From Squalus acanthias (Eukaryota), in NCBI GenBank assembly GCA_030390025.1, contig CM059433.1, forward strand, positions 17,734,001 through 17,798,000: a DNA stretch of 64,000 nucleotides, in the 5' to 3' direction. Made by a program: the position numbers and the translations under genes. Position 1 is the stretch's first letter, and the number at the start of each line of letters is the position of its first letter. Positions 51,947 through 63,430 of the stretch are shown piece after piece. The notes beneath the pieces were generated by a model. It was not told the DNA's origin. It searched no databases and saw nothing but the letters and a program-made list of their open reading frames with translations.

Positions 51947-52230
51947 GGCTAAGCATCATGTTCTTTGAAGCAGCCCTATCACTGAGTCAGATCAAGGCAT
52001 GTGCTGTGCGTGTTCAGCTCTATTTTAAGGAAGATTGGCCTGGGTCCAACCTGCCTCTCACAGCAGAACTTACCAACTAACCTCAAACATCTGTGCACCT
52101 CTTTATTCTGTCTTGTGCCTGTCCAGGAAGTTTGCCCTGATTCCTTCCCTGTCCGGGTGTTGGCCAGCAGAGCTGCGTATTGAACCTGTTACTGCCCTTC
52201 CCCCCAGATGTAGGCACCTTAAAACTAACT
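51947..52230. repeat. Diverged direct repeat, copy 2
   Basis: See copy 1. Confidence 0.85.
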
Positions 52231-53034
52231 CTTTTAGAAATAATAGCGTTATCCCAACACAATGAGCCTGAATGGTTCTCAGGAAAGACTTTAAGACACC
52301 TTGCCATTAGACCTGAAGCCAGGTGACATTCCGCAGTTGATGCATCTGCGGTTAGCTACACATCTTTTCCACCCTCCAGCTTTGCTGTAAACTGGATTTT
52401 AAACTTTTGTGAATGCACTTTAACTTACATGTCGCACTTCAACATAAATCATACCCAAAACCTCCCATGGAAAAAAGGTTGAAAATCCTAAAACATGGCA
52501 ACTGGATAAGGCTAACAAAATATTACGTTGAGCTGTATTGTGTTTATATGTATATTAAACGTAAATTATCTTTTAGATTATATATTTTTTCCATGTTTTG
52601 ATAGCCAGAAGCACGAGTGCAGTAAATAACTTCCAAGAATTGTTTTAAATTTCATGGTACTGACATAATACTTAAACAGGAGCTGTTTTGGTCTCTGCTC
52701 CTACCCTTCCAGCTCCACCCCTCCTGCTCTCAAAATTGGTTGGCTTCTGATCAGTGATGCAGTGAGGGGAATAAATGCGGCCTGTGATGCCGTTGCTGCC
52801 GAGATGCTGAGAGTGCGCATCTGCGCACAAGTGAAATGACCTTACCGGATAAAACGGGGTTGGCCTATTTCCATAATTCTCTGGCACGTCTCTCTCACGA
52901 CATAGCCGGAGTGCCAGGACCACAATGTCGGTCGCCAGCAGCCTTCTACAGTCCCAAATGAGCATTGAAATGGGCCTGCCGTTAACACTTAAAAATAACA
53001 TTCAGACACCTCCGATTCCCGACTGGACACTCAG

Positions 53035-53432
53035 ATAGAATCATAGAATCCTACAGCACAGAAGGATGCTATTCGGTCCTTCGTGCCTGTGCCAGCTCTT
53101 TGAAAGCGCTATTCATAGAGTCATAGTCATCGAGTCATAACGGCACAGAAGGAGGCCATTCGGCCCATCGAGTCCATGCCGGCTCTCTGAAGAGCAATCC
53201 AGTCAGTCCCATTCCCCCGCTCTGTCCCCATAGCCCTGCAAGTTTATTTCCCTCAAGTGCCTATCCAGTCTCCCCTTGAAAACATTGAGTGTCTCCGCTT
53301 CCACCACTTCTGTCGGCAGCGAGTTCCAGGTCCTCATCACTCGCTGCGTAAAAAATTTTTCCCTTATGTCCCCCTTGTATCTCTTGCCCAAATAGTCCCA
53401 CTCCCGTACACTTTCCCCATAGCTCTGCAAAA
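53035..53432 (-). mobile_element. Young CR1 3' end (53115-53390) nested in an older CR1 3' UTR
   Basis: Two successive CR1 tails; the host resumes at tagtcccactcccgtac. Confidence 0.8.
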
Positions 53433-54029
53433 GATGTGCTATAGGCCTCAGGCCTCTGTACCTGATTTTCAGGGGTGGTGGCATCCAACATTGTATTATT
53501 GGCCCCAATATGTTGGCACATGACACCGTATAGCATTAGGGCACTGGTTTGCACCTACTGTTCCTCAAATGGCAAATTCCAAATCTTGACCTGACTATGT
53601 GGAGAAGCATGGGTGAAGCATTTCCCCCCAAAATGGAGTGAAATCCGGAGGATGTATCACCTTGATCAGTCCTTTCACCTCCCCACCTCCGCCCGCACCC
53701 CCGCACCCCCCCACCCCCCCGTGACTAGAGATGCAGTGGCCAACATCTGGGAGAACATCACCTGTCGGCCTTTTCAGTCGGCATGATGCACTGTCAAAAA
53801 GAGGAGTGCCTGAAGAAGGGGAAATACTTGTTAAAAAAGACCACGGCAATTTTTTCAAAATTAATTTTGGGCAACCACTATCCAGAATATAGCATAGTTT
53901 TACAATTATGTCAAGTGAAAAATTAATGCTCCGTAACGGGATTTTTTTTTTATAGATCTTTGCAAAATCTCTTGTGCATTTTGAGTGAATTGTGGACGCT
54001 GTAAATACAGCATCAGGAGTAATTCCTAA

Positions 54030-54357
54030 CTCTATAATCTCCTTCAGCCCCACAACCCCTCCCTGAGATATCTGCGCTCCTCTAATTCTGCCCTCTTGAG
54101 CAGCCCTGATTATAATCGCTCAACCTTTGGTGGCCGTGCCTTCTGTTGCCTAGGCCCTAAGCTCTGGAATTCCCCGCCTAAACCTCTCCGCCTCTCTACC
54201 TCTCTTTCCTCCTTTAAGACGTTCCTTAAAGCCTACCTCTTTACCAAGCTTTTGGTCGCCTGCCCTAATTTATCCTTATGCGGATCGGTGTCAAATTTTT
54301 TTGTCTTAAAATACTACGTTAAAGGCGCTATATAAATACAAGTTGTTGTTGTTGTTG
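54030..54357 (+). mobile_element. L2-type LINE 3' end
   Basis: GGRAFCCLGPKLWNS...SSFKTFLKAYLF; (gtt)n tail. Confidence 0.85.
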
Positions 54358-57302
54358 GACATGATTGTTCGATAATGGTGGCTTAACTTTTCCATTGTTT
54401 TCTTCTTCATTTTAACCCATCTATTTAACCCAAAGTATTAAACGGTGCTGTTCCTATTGAGGTTTGTGGTGTATATCTTTCTGTGTTGTCCTGAATCTGT
54501 TCTGTTTCTGCAGGTAGTATTTCCTGTGCTGTTTCTGTTGCAGTACTGTTTTGATCTGTGGTAAGTTTGTTTTGTTGTTATTGTGTTACTTATATTACGA
54601 TCTGAAGTAGTTATTGTGAGCCTTCTTGTGGTAAAATTCATGTTTGCTCAGCATGAGGGAGTGTGGTTTTTTTTGTGCGTGTTGTGTGTGCTTTAATGGT
54701 GTTTTGTCATCTTGTGTGTTTCTGGTGCTAGATTTTTAGATTATTTATTTTGTCTTTATATCGTGTTGGTGCCCTCCCTAAAATTAGCATCGGGACAGCT
54801 GAAAGCTAGTTTGTCTGTTACACAGGCTTCTGACTGCACAGTTGCTACATGTGATGTGTGCGGTTGAGGTTGGGCGGGGGGTGGGGGGGCGGCGGGGGTT
54901 GAAAAGTACTCCAGATACAAGTATTAATTGCGGGGATGTACTATTATTACAATTTTTGCAGCTGTAGAGGGATCGTAGTTAATAACTTTTATAATCAGAG
55001 CTTGGTGAAATGGAGTGAATTGCAAACAGAGTGAAGACTTTAAAATGGGAATTTGAAGAGAGTGGGAATTCAGTGCAGAGGGAGAAGTAATTTAAACCAA
55101 GGGGCAAGAGTAAATATATTAATAATCAGTAAATAATTAGATCTAATGGGATAAAATTAAGTAGAGGATACTAAACATTAAAGGGATCGTAATTGCATTT
55201 AATAAAAATCTGCTATACCTAAATATTTAAATAATAAATAGGAGTTAAGGGAATACTAACCTAAAACATATATATAACATAAGAGACAGTACATATATAT
55301 TATATATATAAAACATAAGTAGATAGGCTTTTGAGTAAAATGATGGGACAGCTGAGACCCGCTGCCTGTAATTCTTGTGCCATGTGGGAACTCCAGAACG
55401 CTTCATGTGTCCTGGATAACCACATGTGCAGGAAGTGCCTCCAGCTGCTCAAACAAGGTTTCTGAGCTTGAGGAGCGGCTGGAGTCAGAGCCGGGCATAC
55501 GGGAGGCTGAGAATTTCCTGGATCGCATGATCCAGGAGGTGGTCACCATACGACCACAGAGAGTTCAAAGAGGAGAGTAAGTGGGTGGCCATCGGGCAGG
55601 GTAGGAAGAAGCAGGCAGTGCAAGAATCCTCTGGAGCGTGGCACTCTCAAACCAGTTTTCAGTACTGAATACTGATGAGGGTGACGACACCTTGGGGGAG
55701 TGCAGGCCAAAGCACATCCACGGCACTGTGGGGCAAATACCTGCACGGGGGGCGGGGCACAGCGAAGTGTAGAAATGCAGTTGTCATCGGCCATTTGATA
55801 GTCAGGGGGTGGACAGGCTGCAACCACCGACGTATTACATGGTGTGTTGCCTCCCTGGTGCCAGGGTAAAGGACAACACTTGAAAGGGTGCAGTACCTTT
55901 AGCGGAGGAAAGGAAACAGCCAGAAGTCATTGTCCATGTTGGAACCAATGAAAGAAAAGGAAAAGGGTTGAGGTCCTGCAGTCAGAGTTTCAGGAGCTAG
56001 GGAGGAAGTGAAAGAGTAGGACCTCAAATGTAGTAATCTCTGGATTACTCCCAGTGCCACATGCGCTAATGAGTATAGAAGCAGTAAAATAAGACAGGTT
56101 AATGTGTAGCTGGAGAAATGGTTCTGGAGGGAGGGCTTCAGATTCCTGAGGCATTCAGACCAGTTCTGGGCAGGAGGGACCTGTACAAGATGGATGGGTT
56201 GCACCTCAACAGGGCTGGGACCAATGTCCTTGCGAGAAGTTTAACTAGTTCTGTGGGTGAGGATTTTAAACAAATCTGGCAGGGGGAGGGGCACCAGAAT
56301 GAAGCATTGGTGAGGAGAAACATAGGACTGGAAGAGACAAACAGCATTAGAATAAAGAGTAATTCAGAAATAGGAGGGATCAGACAGGGGGGAAATACGA
56401 GGCAAACTAAGATGGGTTTAGAGTGCATGTGCGTAAATGCACGGAGTGTGGTTAATAAGGTTGGGAGCTGCAGGCACAAGTAGCCACATGGGATTATGAT
56501 ATAGTGGCAATAACGGAGACCTGGCTCAAACAAGGGGAGAAATTGGCACTTACTATTCCTGGCTACAATGTATTCAGGAAAGATAGGGAAGGGAGAAAAT
56601 GAGAGGGTGTGGCAGTATTGATCAACGATACTGTTTACAGCACTCAAAAGGGATGATGTGCTTGAGAGTTCAAAGACAAAATATATTTGGTTAGAATTAA
56701 GGAACAATAGAGGAGCTATCACACTGATGTGTGTATAATATAGGCCACCAAATAGTGAGAAGGAAATAGAGGAGCAAATTTGCAGGAAAATTGCATAGAG
56801 GCAAGTACTACAGAGTAGTGATAATGGGAGACTTCAATTATCATAATATAGACTGGGACAATATCAGTGTAAAGGGCAAAGAGGGGGAGGAATTCATGAA
56901 ATGTGTAACAGAAACTTTCTTGATCAGTGTGTTATCAGACAACCGAGGAAGGAAACAGTGCTGGATCTAGTTCTGGGGAATCAAGTGGGTCAAGTGGAGC
57001 ATTTGTCAGTGGCGGAGCATTTGGGAAACAATGATCACAATATCATTAGGTTTAGAGTAGTTATGGAAAAGGACAAGGAAAAAGCAAATGTGAAAATACT
57101 CTACTGAAGGAGGGCTAATTTCAGTGCGTTGAAAAGGGATCTGGCCCAGGTAGTTTGGAATCAAAGATTGGCAGGAAAAACAGTAAATGATCAATGGGAG
57201 GCCTTGAAAGAGGAGATAGTTTGGGTCCAAGCTAGACACATTCCTACGAGAGAGAAAGGAAGGTCATCCAAAGCTAGAGCTCCCTGGATGACTAAAGGTA
57301 TA

Positions 57303-58138
57303 GGGGGGAATGTTAACCCCAAAAAACAGGTGGGTTGGAGTTGGGTAGGAAGTTATAAAGTGTTAAAAATTTGAATCCCGACCAGAACCCGCCTCCAACC
57401 CACCCACTTCCGGTTTTAACCAAACCACTCCCAGGAGGCAGGTCTCCTATTTCAATATTATAATGAGCCTGGCGTGCCTTAGATTTAACCAGCATTTTAA
57501 ATTTAACTTTAGCTGGTCGGGTTTCGCAGGCCTCAGGAAACCCGACAGCTAATGGAAGGCGGGGACTGCTGGATCCAGTGTCCCTGCCTAACCCACCCCC
57601 GTGATTGGAGACCCCCCACGAGGCCTCTGATCCTCCGCCCCGCCTCCTATCCACCCACCTCACCCCCCACCCCGGCCTCCAATCGCCTTCCCGACCTCCC
57701 CCCTATCACCCCCCCTGCCCCCCTCCCCACCCCCCACCCCACCCCGATCATCCTCCCGGCCGGCCCCGTTCTCTCCCTCCCCTCCACCACCCCCCCCCAC
57801 CCCGATACCTTGATGCCGGTCCATGATGTCCTCTCCCTCCCTCCCCAACCATCTTTCGGCCCCCCGATGTTCTCTCCCTCCCCGCCACCCCCCCCCCCCC
57901 ACCCCGATGCTTGAGTCAAGCCTCCAAACACCACACGCCCCCCCCCCCCAGCCCACACTCGATCCCTTCCTCCCACCTCTGCCTGCAGCCAGCCAGCCTC
58001 TCCATCTGGCTGGCTGCGGGTGGGAAACGGAGGTTTCAAATGGAAATCAGGCCCTGCAGTTAAATTTGTTCTCCCAGGGTTTCCCGACCGCTTTTGAGCG
58101 CCCTGTTCCCAACCCGCCTCCCGATTAAAATTCCGGCC
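57303..58138 (-). mobile_element. Harbinger-type MITE with C-rich array (13304-14205 family), nested in CR1
   Basis: ATA TSD; removing it restores the CR1 sequence actaaaggtatagagattaaa. Confidence 0.87.
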
Positions 58139-58706
58139 ATAGAGATTAAAATGCAGCAAAAAAAAAGGCTTATTATAAATGGCAGATTCATAATTCAGTA
58201 GCTGAATACAAAAGTGCTGGGGAGAACTGAAAAAGGAAATAAGAGGGGCAAAGAGAGTGTGTGAGAATAGATTAATGGGTAACATAAAAGGGAATCCAAA
58301 AGTCTTTTATAAACATATAAATAGTAAAAGGGTAGTCATAGGGAGGGTGGGACTGATTAGGGATCAAAAAGGAGATCTTGTGGGGGCAGAGGGCACGGCT
58401 GAGGTACAAAATGAGTACTTTGCATCTGTCTTCACTGGAGAAGAGGATGTTGCCAATGTCACAGTAAAAGAGAAGGTTGTAGAGAAATTGGATAGGATAA
58501 AACTAGATAAAGATGAGCTATTTTAATGTTGGCAGCGCACAAAGTGGAAAATTCACCTGGTCCACATGGATGCATCCTAGGTTGCTGAGGGAAGGGTGGA
58601 AATTGAGGAGGCTCTGGCCACAATCTTCCAATCCTACTTAGATCATGAGAGTGGTGCCAAAAGACTGGAGGACTACAAATGTTACACCCCTGTTCAAAAA
58701 GGGGAA

Positions 58707-58837
58707 TGATGCGGAGATGCCGGTGTTGGACTGGGGTGGACAAAAATGAGAAGTCGCACAACACCAGGTTATAGTCCAACAGTTTTATTTAAAATTACGA
58801 GCTTTCGGAGCTGTTGCCCCTTCGTCAGGTAAAGGTA
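58707..58837 (-). mobile_element. 131-bp Penelope terminal-repeat insertion with an intact hammerhead core
   Basis: 12-bp TSD caaaaaggggaa; minus strand reads cctgacgaaggggcaacagctccgaaagctcgta. Confidence 0.85.
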
Positions 58838-59622
58838 CAAAAAGGGGAAGAGGAATACACCCAACAACTACAGGCCACTCAGCCTAACGTAGGTGGTGGG
58901 GAAACTGTTCGAGACAATAATCCAAGACAAAATTAATTGCCACTTGGAAAAATATGGGTTAATAAATGAAAGCCAGCACAGATTTGTTAAGGGCAGATCC
59001 GTGTTTTATAAAATTGATTTAAGTTCTTTGCTGAAGTAATGGAGAGGGTTGATGAGGGTAGTGTGGTTGATGTTGTGTATATGGACTTTCAAAAGGCAAT
59101 TGATAAAGGACCACATAATAGACTTGTTAGCAAAATTGAAAAACATGGGATTAAAGGGGTAGTGGCTGCGGGGATACAAAATTGGCTAAAGGACAGAAAG
59201 CAGAGAGTAGTAGTGAACGGTTGTTTTTCAAACTGGAGGGAAATATACAGTGGTGTTCCTCAGGATTCGGTATTAGGACCACTGCTCTTTTTGATATATA
59301 TTAATGACCTGGACTTGTGTATGCAGGGCATCATTTCAAAGTTTGCAGATGACGCAAAACTCGGACATGCAACTTTAAACAGTGAGGAGGATAGCAACAG
59401 ACTTCAGCAGGAATTAGACAGATTTGTGAAATGGGTGAAGTGATTCATTTTGGTAGGAAGAATGAGGAGAGGCAATATAAAGTAAATGGTACAATTTTAA
59501 AGAGTGTGCAGGAACAGAGCGTCCTGGGGGTGTATGTGCACACGTTTTTGAAGGTGGCAGGACAAGTTGAGAAGGCTGTTAAAAAGGCACACGGGATCCT
59601 TGGCTTTATAAACAGAGACAGA

Positions 59623-61240
59623 GGGCTAGAAATTGGACTCTGTAGCGCCCGTTCTTTGGGCGCTATGAGGCCTCTTAAATTACCAAAATGGCATCCGTGA
59701 CGCGCGCGCACACTTCCAATGGGAAATGCACCGGACGCCATATTTGTAAAGGGGTTTGTGCGCACGCCAGTGCAGGCAGATCATGACGCCAATCAGTGTG
59801 TAACACTGATTGACGCCAGTGCTGCCATTTTGGAGCTCTGTGCTCCAGCCTACACCCTCTCTTAACCTCCCACAGCTGAATACGCGTTCAACGGCGTAAA
59901 GGACCCCCGCCCCTGCCACCAGCGCTATTTAAAGGGATCATCAACTACTTACAGTTTGGTTGCTGGATTATTTCTTCTGGCTGTTGCTGTAATTCTACAT
60001 GTTTTGGGTGCTTTTCCATACTTGTTAAAAGTTTCAATAGTTTATAGGGAGTGGTCTAGCTGGTGCTGAAGTATTTTTTTGGTGACTTAAAGGCATGTGC
60101 ACAAGCCAGTTGCTTCCAGATATGGATGGCTGAGTCAGGCTTCCTTTTGGCATTGAGCATGACTGGAAGAATGAGCAGAGGCCAGGCAGAGCAGGACAAG
60201 CTGCTAGAAGAGGGAGGAGCAGGAGGGGGAGAAGGGCTCTCAGCAGGAGGCCATATCCACAGAGGGTCTTTCGGGAGCAGCTCTGCTGGAGAACACATTG
60301 CTGGAGTGCTGTGACTCCCTGGAAGCCCCTTTGCACACTGGTATCCAGAGCCATGATGGCAGCAGTCTGAGCTTCCACGGCAGCAAACTGAGATAGCATG
60401 ACAGCAGTCTGAGCTTCCACTGCAGCAATCAAGTGTTGGATGGAAGCTGCTTGTGCTGCAATGGAAGCTGAGACATCAGTCATCAGACGCTGCATCATGG
60501 TTGGCTCCACAGGTCTGTTGTTAGAAAGGATGGGCTCCAAGCTCTGCGCAAAGCCCTGTGCCAAGTTGGTGCTGGACTCCTCCATGCTCCTTGACATTGA
60601 ACACAGGCTATACGGCAGGCTTCTCAGTGCACCAAACATTTGGGTGTTTACACCCATCAGCCTTCTTCTGTAGCCTGGCCCATCGAAGTCCTCACCTGAG
60701 TCCTCTGCAGCAGGACTAGTGTGCGACCTCGCCCTCCGGCCAGCTGGCTCCTGCTCTATCCTTTCCCCCAGCCCTGGCTCCAGCGCACTTGTGCCCGGTG
60801 TCTCACCACGTGCACATCCTACCTCTATCCTATCTTCTAAGGTACGCGCAGTGTCAGTATCTGAGCTGGTGGCTGCGAGCATGAAATCGAGTGATGGTAT
60901 CCCCTCATCTTCACTTTCTTCTGGCTCTTCCTGCACTGCCTGGGCAGGTTGCAGTTCTTGGGCCTCTGAAAGGAAAAAGGGACAAGGGTTAGGTTGTGGT
61001 GAGGGGAGAGGAGAAAGTACAAAGTGCATGCTTACACCGTCTGCAGCTTGTGAGTCAGAAGAGATTGAGAATGAGGGAGAAATGGGATGAGAGAAGGAGG
61101 ATTAGGTCTGCGGATACCCTCATCTTCAGTGGCTTCAGCCCCACCGATGGCCACGTCCTCAGCAATGACCCTTCCCATAATGGCCAGCGCCGTCTCCTCC
61201 ATGGGGATTAAAACATGCAGGCGTGCCTCTCCCCCTCCAG
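59623..61240. mobile_element. PIF/Harbinger internal-deletion derivative: transposase 5' end (+) fused to Myb-partner 3' exons (-)
   Basis: Starts gggctagaaattgg; plus strand ~60225-60280 RRALSRRPYPQRVFREQ; minus-strand exons 61240-61118 and 60965-~60280 join in frame across a GT-AG intron. Confidence 0.75.
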
Positions 61241-62194
61241 TTAATTACTGTTTCCACCTGTTGTGCGCCACCTTCTGCTGCCACTGCAAGAAAAAGGGAA
61301 GTGGAACAGCACCAGAGGAGCACTGCACCACCATACATTTTATTGGCAGGGAATCAGGCTTCACATGGTGAAATTAACAGCACTGATGGTGAGGGCCTCT
61401 CAGCAGAGGAATCGTCAGAGAGGCTCAGAGATGCTGAGCAGAGGCCCAAACATTGCAAGCTCTCTCCAGACATCTCTTGAGAAGTAGGAGCCTTTTGGCA
61501 GACCCTTTTAAGCCAAGGATGCTGGGCAATATACGTGGCGTTTTTGCTTCATGGGCAGCACAGTGTGACAAAGTCGGGAGTTCTGAAAAAGCCCATGTCC
61601 CAGATCTTGAGCAGTCTGAATGGCATAGGTAAGGCAATCAAGGACGGTTTCACCAACCTGCGGTTTGAGATGCAGATAGTGCCAGCTGCTATGGCGCATG
61701 CTGTACCGGCCTCATAAAGGAGACTACAAGAACAGAGTGCACCTCGCAAAGATGCTCAGAAGGCAGCTGTGGAAGCCCTGGGTAACAAAATGCAAGAAGT
61801 TGCCAGGTGTGGCTTCAGTTCATTCAGAGCAAGACTAATCGGCGGGAGAACATCCAGCGGCTCCTACACGCGCGTGTTGTGAGTCACAGCAGATCAGTGG
61901 CCCTTGTGAGAAGATATCCTCTTGCAGTGTGAGGTAAGACAGAATGTAGGGTTCGCCATTTGTTGCCATCTTTCATTCATCACAGTTCTGCACATGCACT
62001 CCATTAAAGGCATAGACACACACACAAACTTACAGTTAAATAAATGTTGCCACTAATTAAAATACCATGCTGCCTGTACCTGTTTTGTAAACACCAAGCA
62101 CAACATCAGCACATGCTCATATTGTTGAGTTGCTGACAATAAGGAAGATAACTATGGATAAGCAGATAGGACAGACATCAATGCAACCAACACA

Positions 62195-62455
62195 AAAGCA
62201 TGGGAACACCACCACCTCCAACTTCCCCTCCAAGTCACACACCATCCTGACTTAGAAGTATATCGCCGTTCCTTCATCGTCGCTGGGTCAAAATCCTGGA
62301 ACTCCCTCCCTAACAGCACTGTGGGAGTACCTTCACCACGCGGACTGCAGTGGTTCAAGAAGGTGGCTCACCACCACCTTCTCAAGGGCAATTCGGGATG
62401 GGCAATAAATGCTGGCCTTGCCAGCGACGCCCAGATCCCATTAGCGAATAAAAAA
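62195..62455 (+). mobile_element. LINE 3' fragment (L2/CR1 group)
   Basis: Same tail as 18868 and 35890; GLQWFKKVAHHHLLKGN. Confidence 0.85.
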
Positions 62456-62469
62456 CAAATCTCTCAGTG

Positions 62470-63430
62470 CAGCAACTCGGAAGATGAAGCCATCAGCAGC
62501 TGGCATTGTTCTTGTGCTGTAGTGGTAGTTCTTCCTCAGGGGGTAGATATTGTGATTCCTTGCCCTCCTCTTGCCCTGGTACCCCCTGATCATTGGTGAA
62601 CTGCGTGTCGCTACCCCCGTCAGTGATATCGTCATGCAATATGCAGCACATTGTCGCTATGTTGCCTACTTTTTTAGAGCTATACAAGAGGCAGCTACCA
62701 GAGCAGTACAAGCACCCACAGAGTGCTGTGTGAGTCCTGCTCATTCAGCACTCTGGTCCAGCCAAAGACTTCAGTGTACTGTAGCGGAGTCCAGGTGTGG
62801 AGAGTTGTCATGAGCTACAGTTACAATCTCCTAGCAGCCAGTATTGAGTCTCGCTGCCCTTGGAAAAGCTTGGTGCAGAATGTGTGAATCATGAATACTC
62901 CTACTGAAGCGGCATTCATTTCTATAATCTTAAATTAAGGGTCACATCCCTATCTGCACTTCAAGGGAACAAAAGGGGTGACTTTAATGGAAAGAAAAAT
63001 TGGGCAGGGTGCCCTTGCATACTCTTTTGACTTATGTGCATCACGGCATTGCCGCATGGTGCTTGAATAGCAACAAGGAATTGTTTGCTGAACCCTGCAC
63101 ATTGGAAGTTTGAGAGTGCAATTATTTTGACAGCAACATTGAAAGGCAGTGCTGACCAAGGCTTGCCTGTGCAGCCTGGTGTTCAGGAATTGGCACAGGT
63201 TGGTAGCTTCAGCCTGTGCATGACCCGCTCTCCTTTAGGGACAGGTCACTGCTTGCTGGCCTGTATGTCTGGCCTTGGGGATAACAGTGTAAAGCACGGT
63301 TAGCATTCTGTAAAAGCCTTTGCCTCTGCTCTGCCCTCTGTTCCTGCAGCAAACAGATGCTCGGAGCAGCTCTGTGGGCCAGCAATCAGCACGTGTGCTG
63401 GGATCACACTGGCGGGGAGCCTCCACCGCT
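62470..63430 (-). pseudogene. Decayed PIF/Harbinger DDE transposase (HARBI1-like)
   Basis: Ordered motifs on the minus strand: NVAVKIIALSNF (~63100-63140), SIHDSHIL (~62875-62900), WLLGD (62826-62840), CLYCSGSCLLYSSKKVGNIATMCCILHD (~62630-62715); frameshifted. Confidence 0.8.

Larger units (their letters stand above)
55340..59622 (+). mobile_element. Near full-length degenerate CR1 (ORF1 Zn-finger/esterase; ORF2 APE endonuclease and RT), interrupted by later insertions
   Basis: ORF1: CNSCAMW, HMCRKC, VHVGTN, DGLHLNRAG. ORF2: CVNARSV, ITETWL, MGDFNY, LDLVL, DVVYMDFQKA, SGVPQDSVLGP, KFADD. Confidence 0.92.

Noticed and set aside
54420..54780. G/T-rich strand-biased tract
   Set aside because: Low-complexity sequence with no consistent period or ORF
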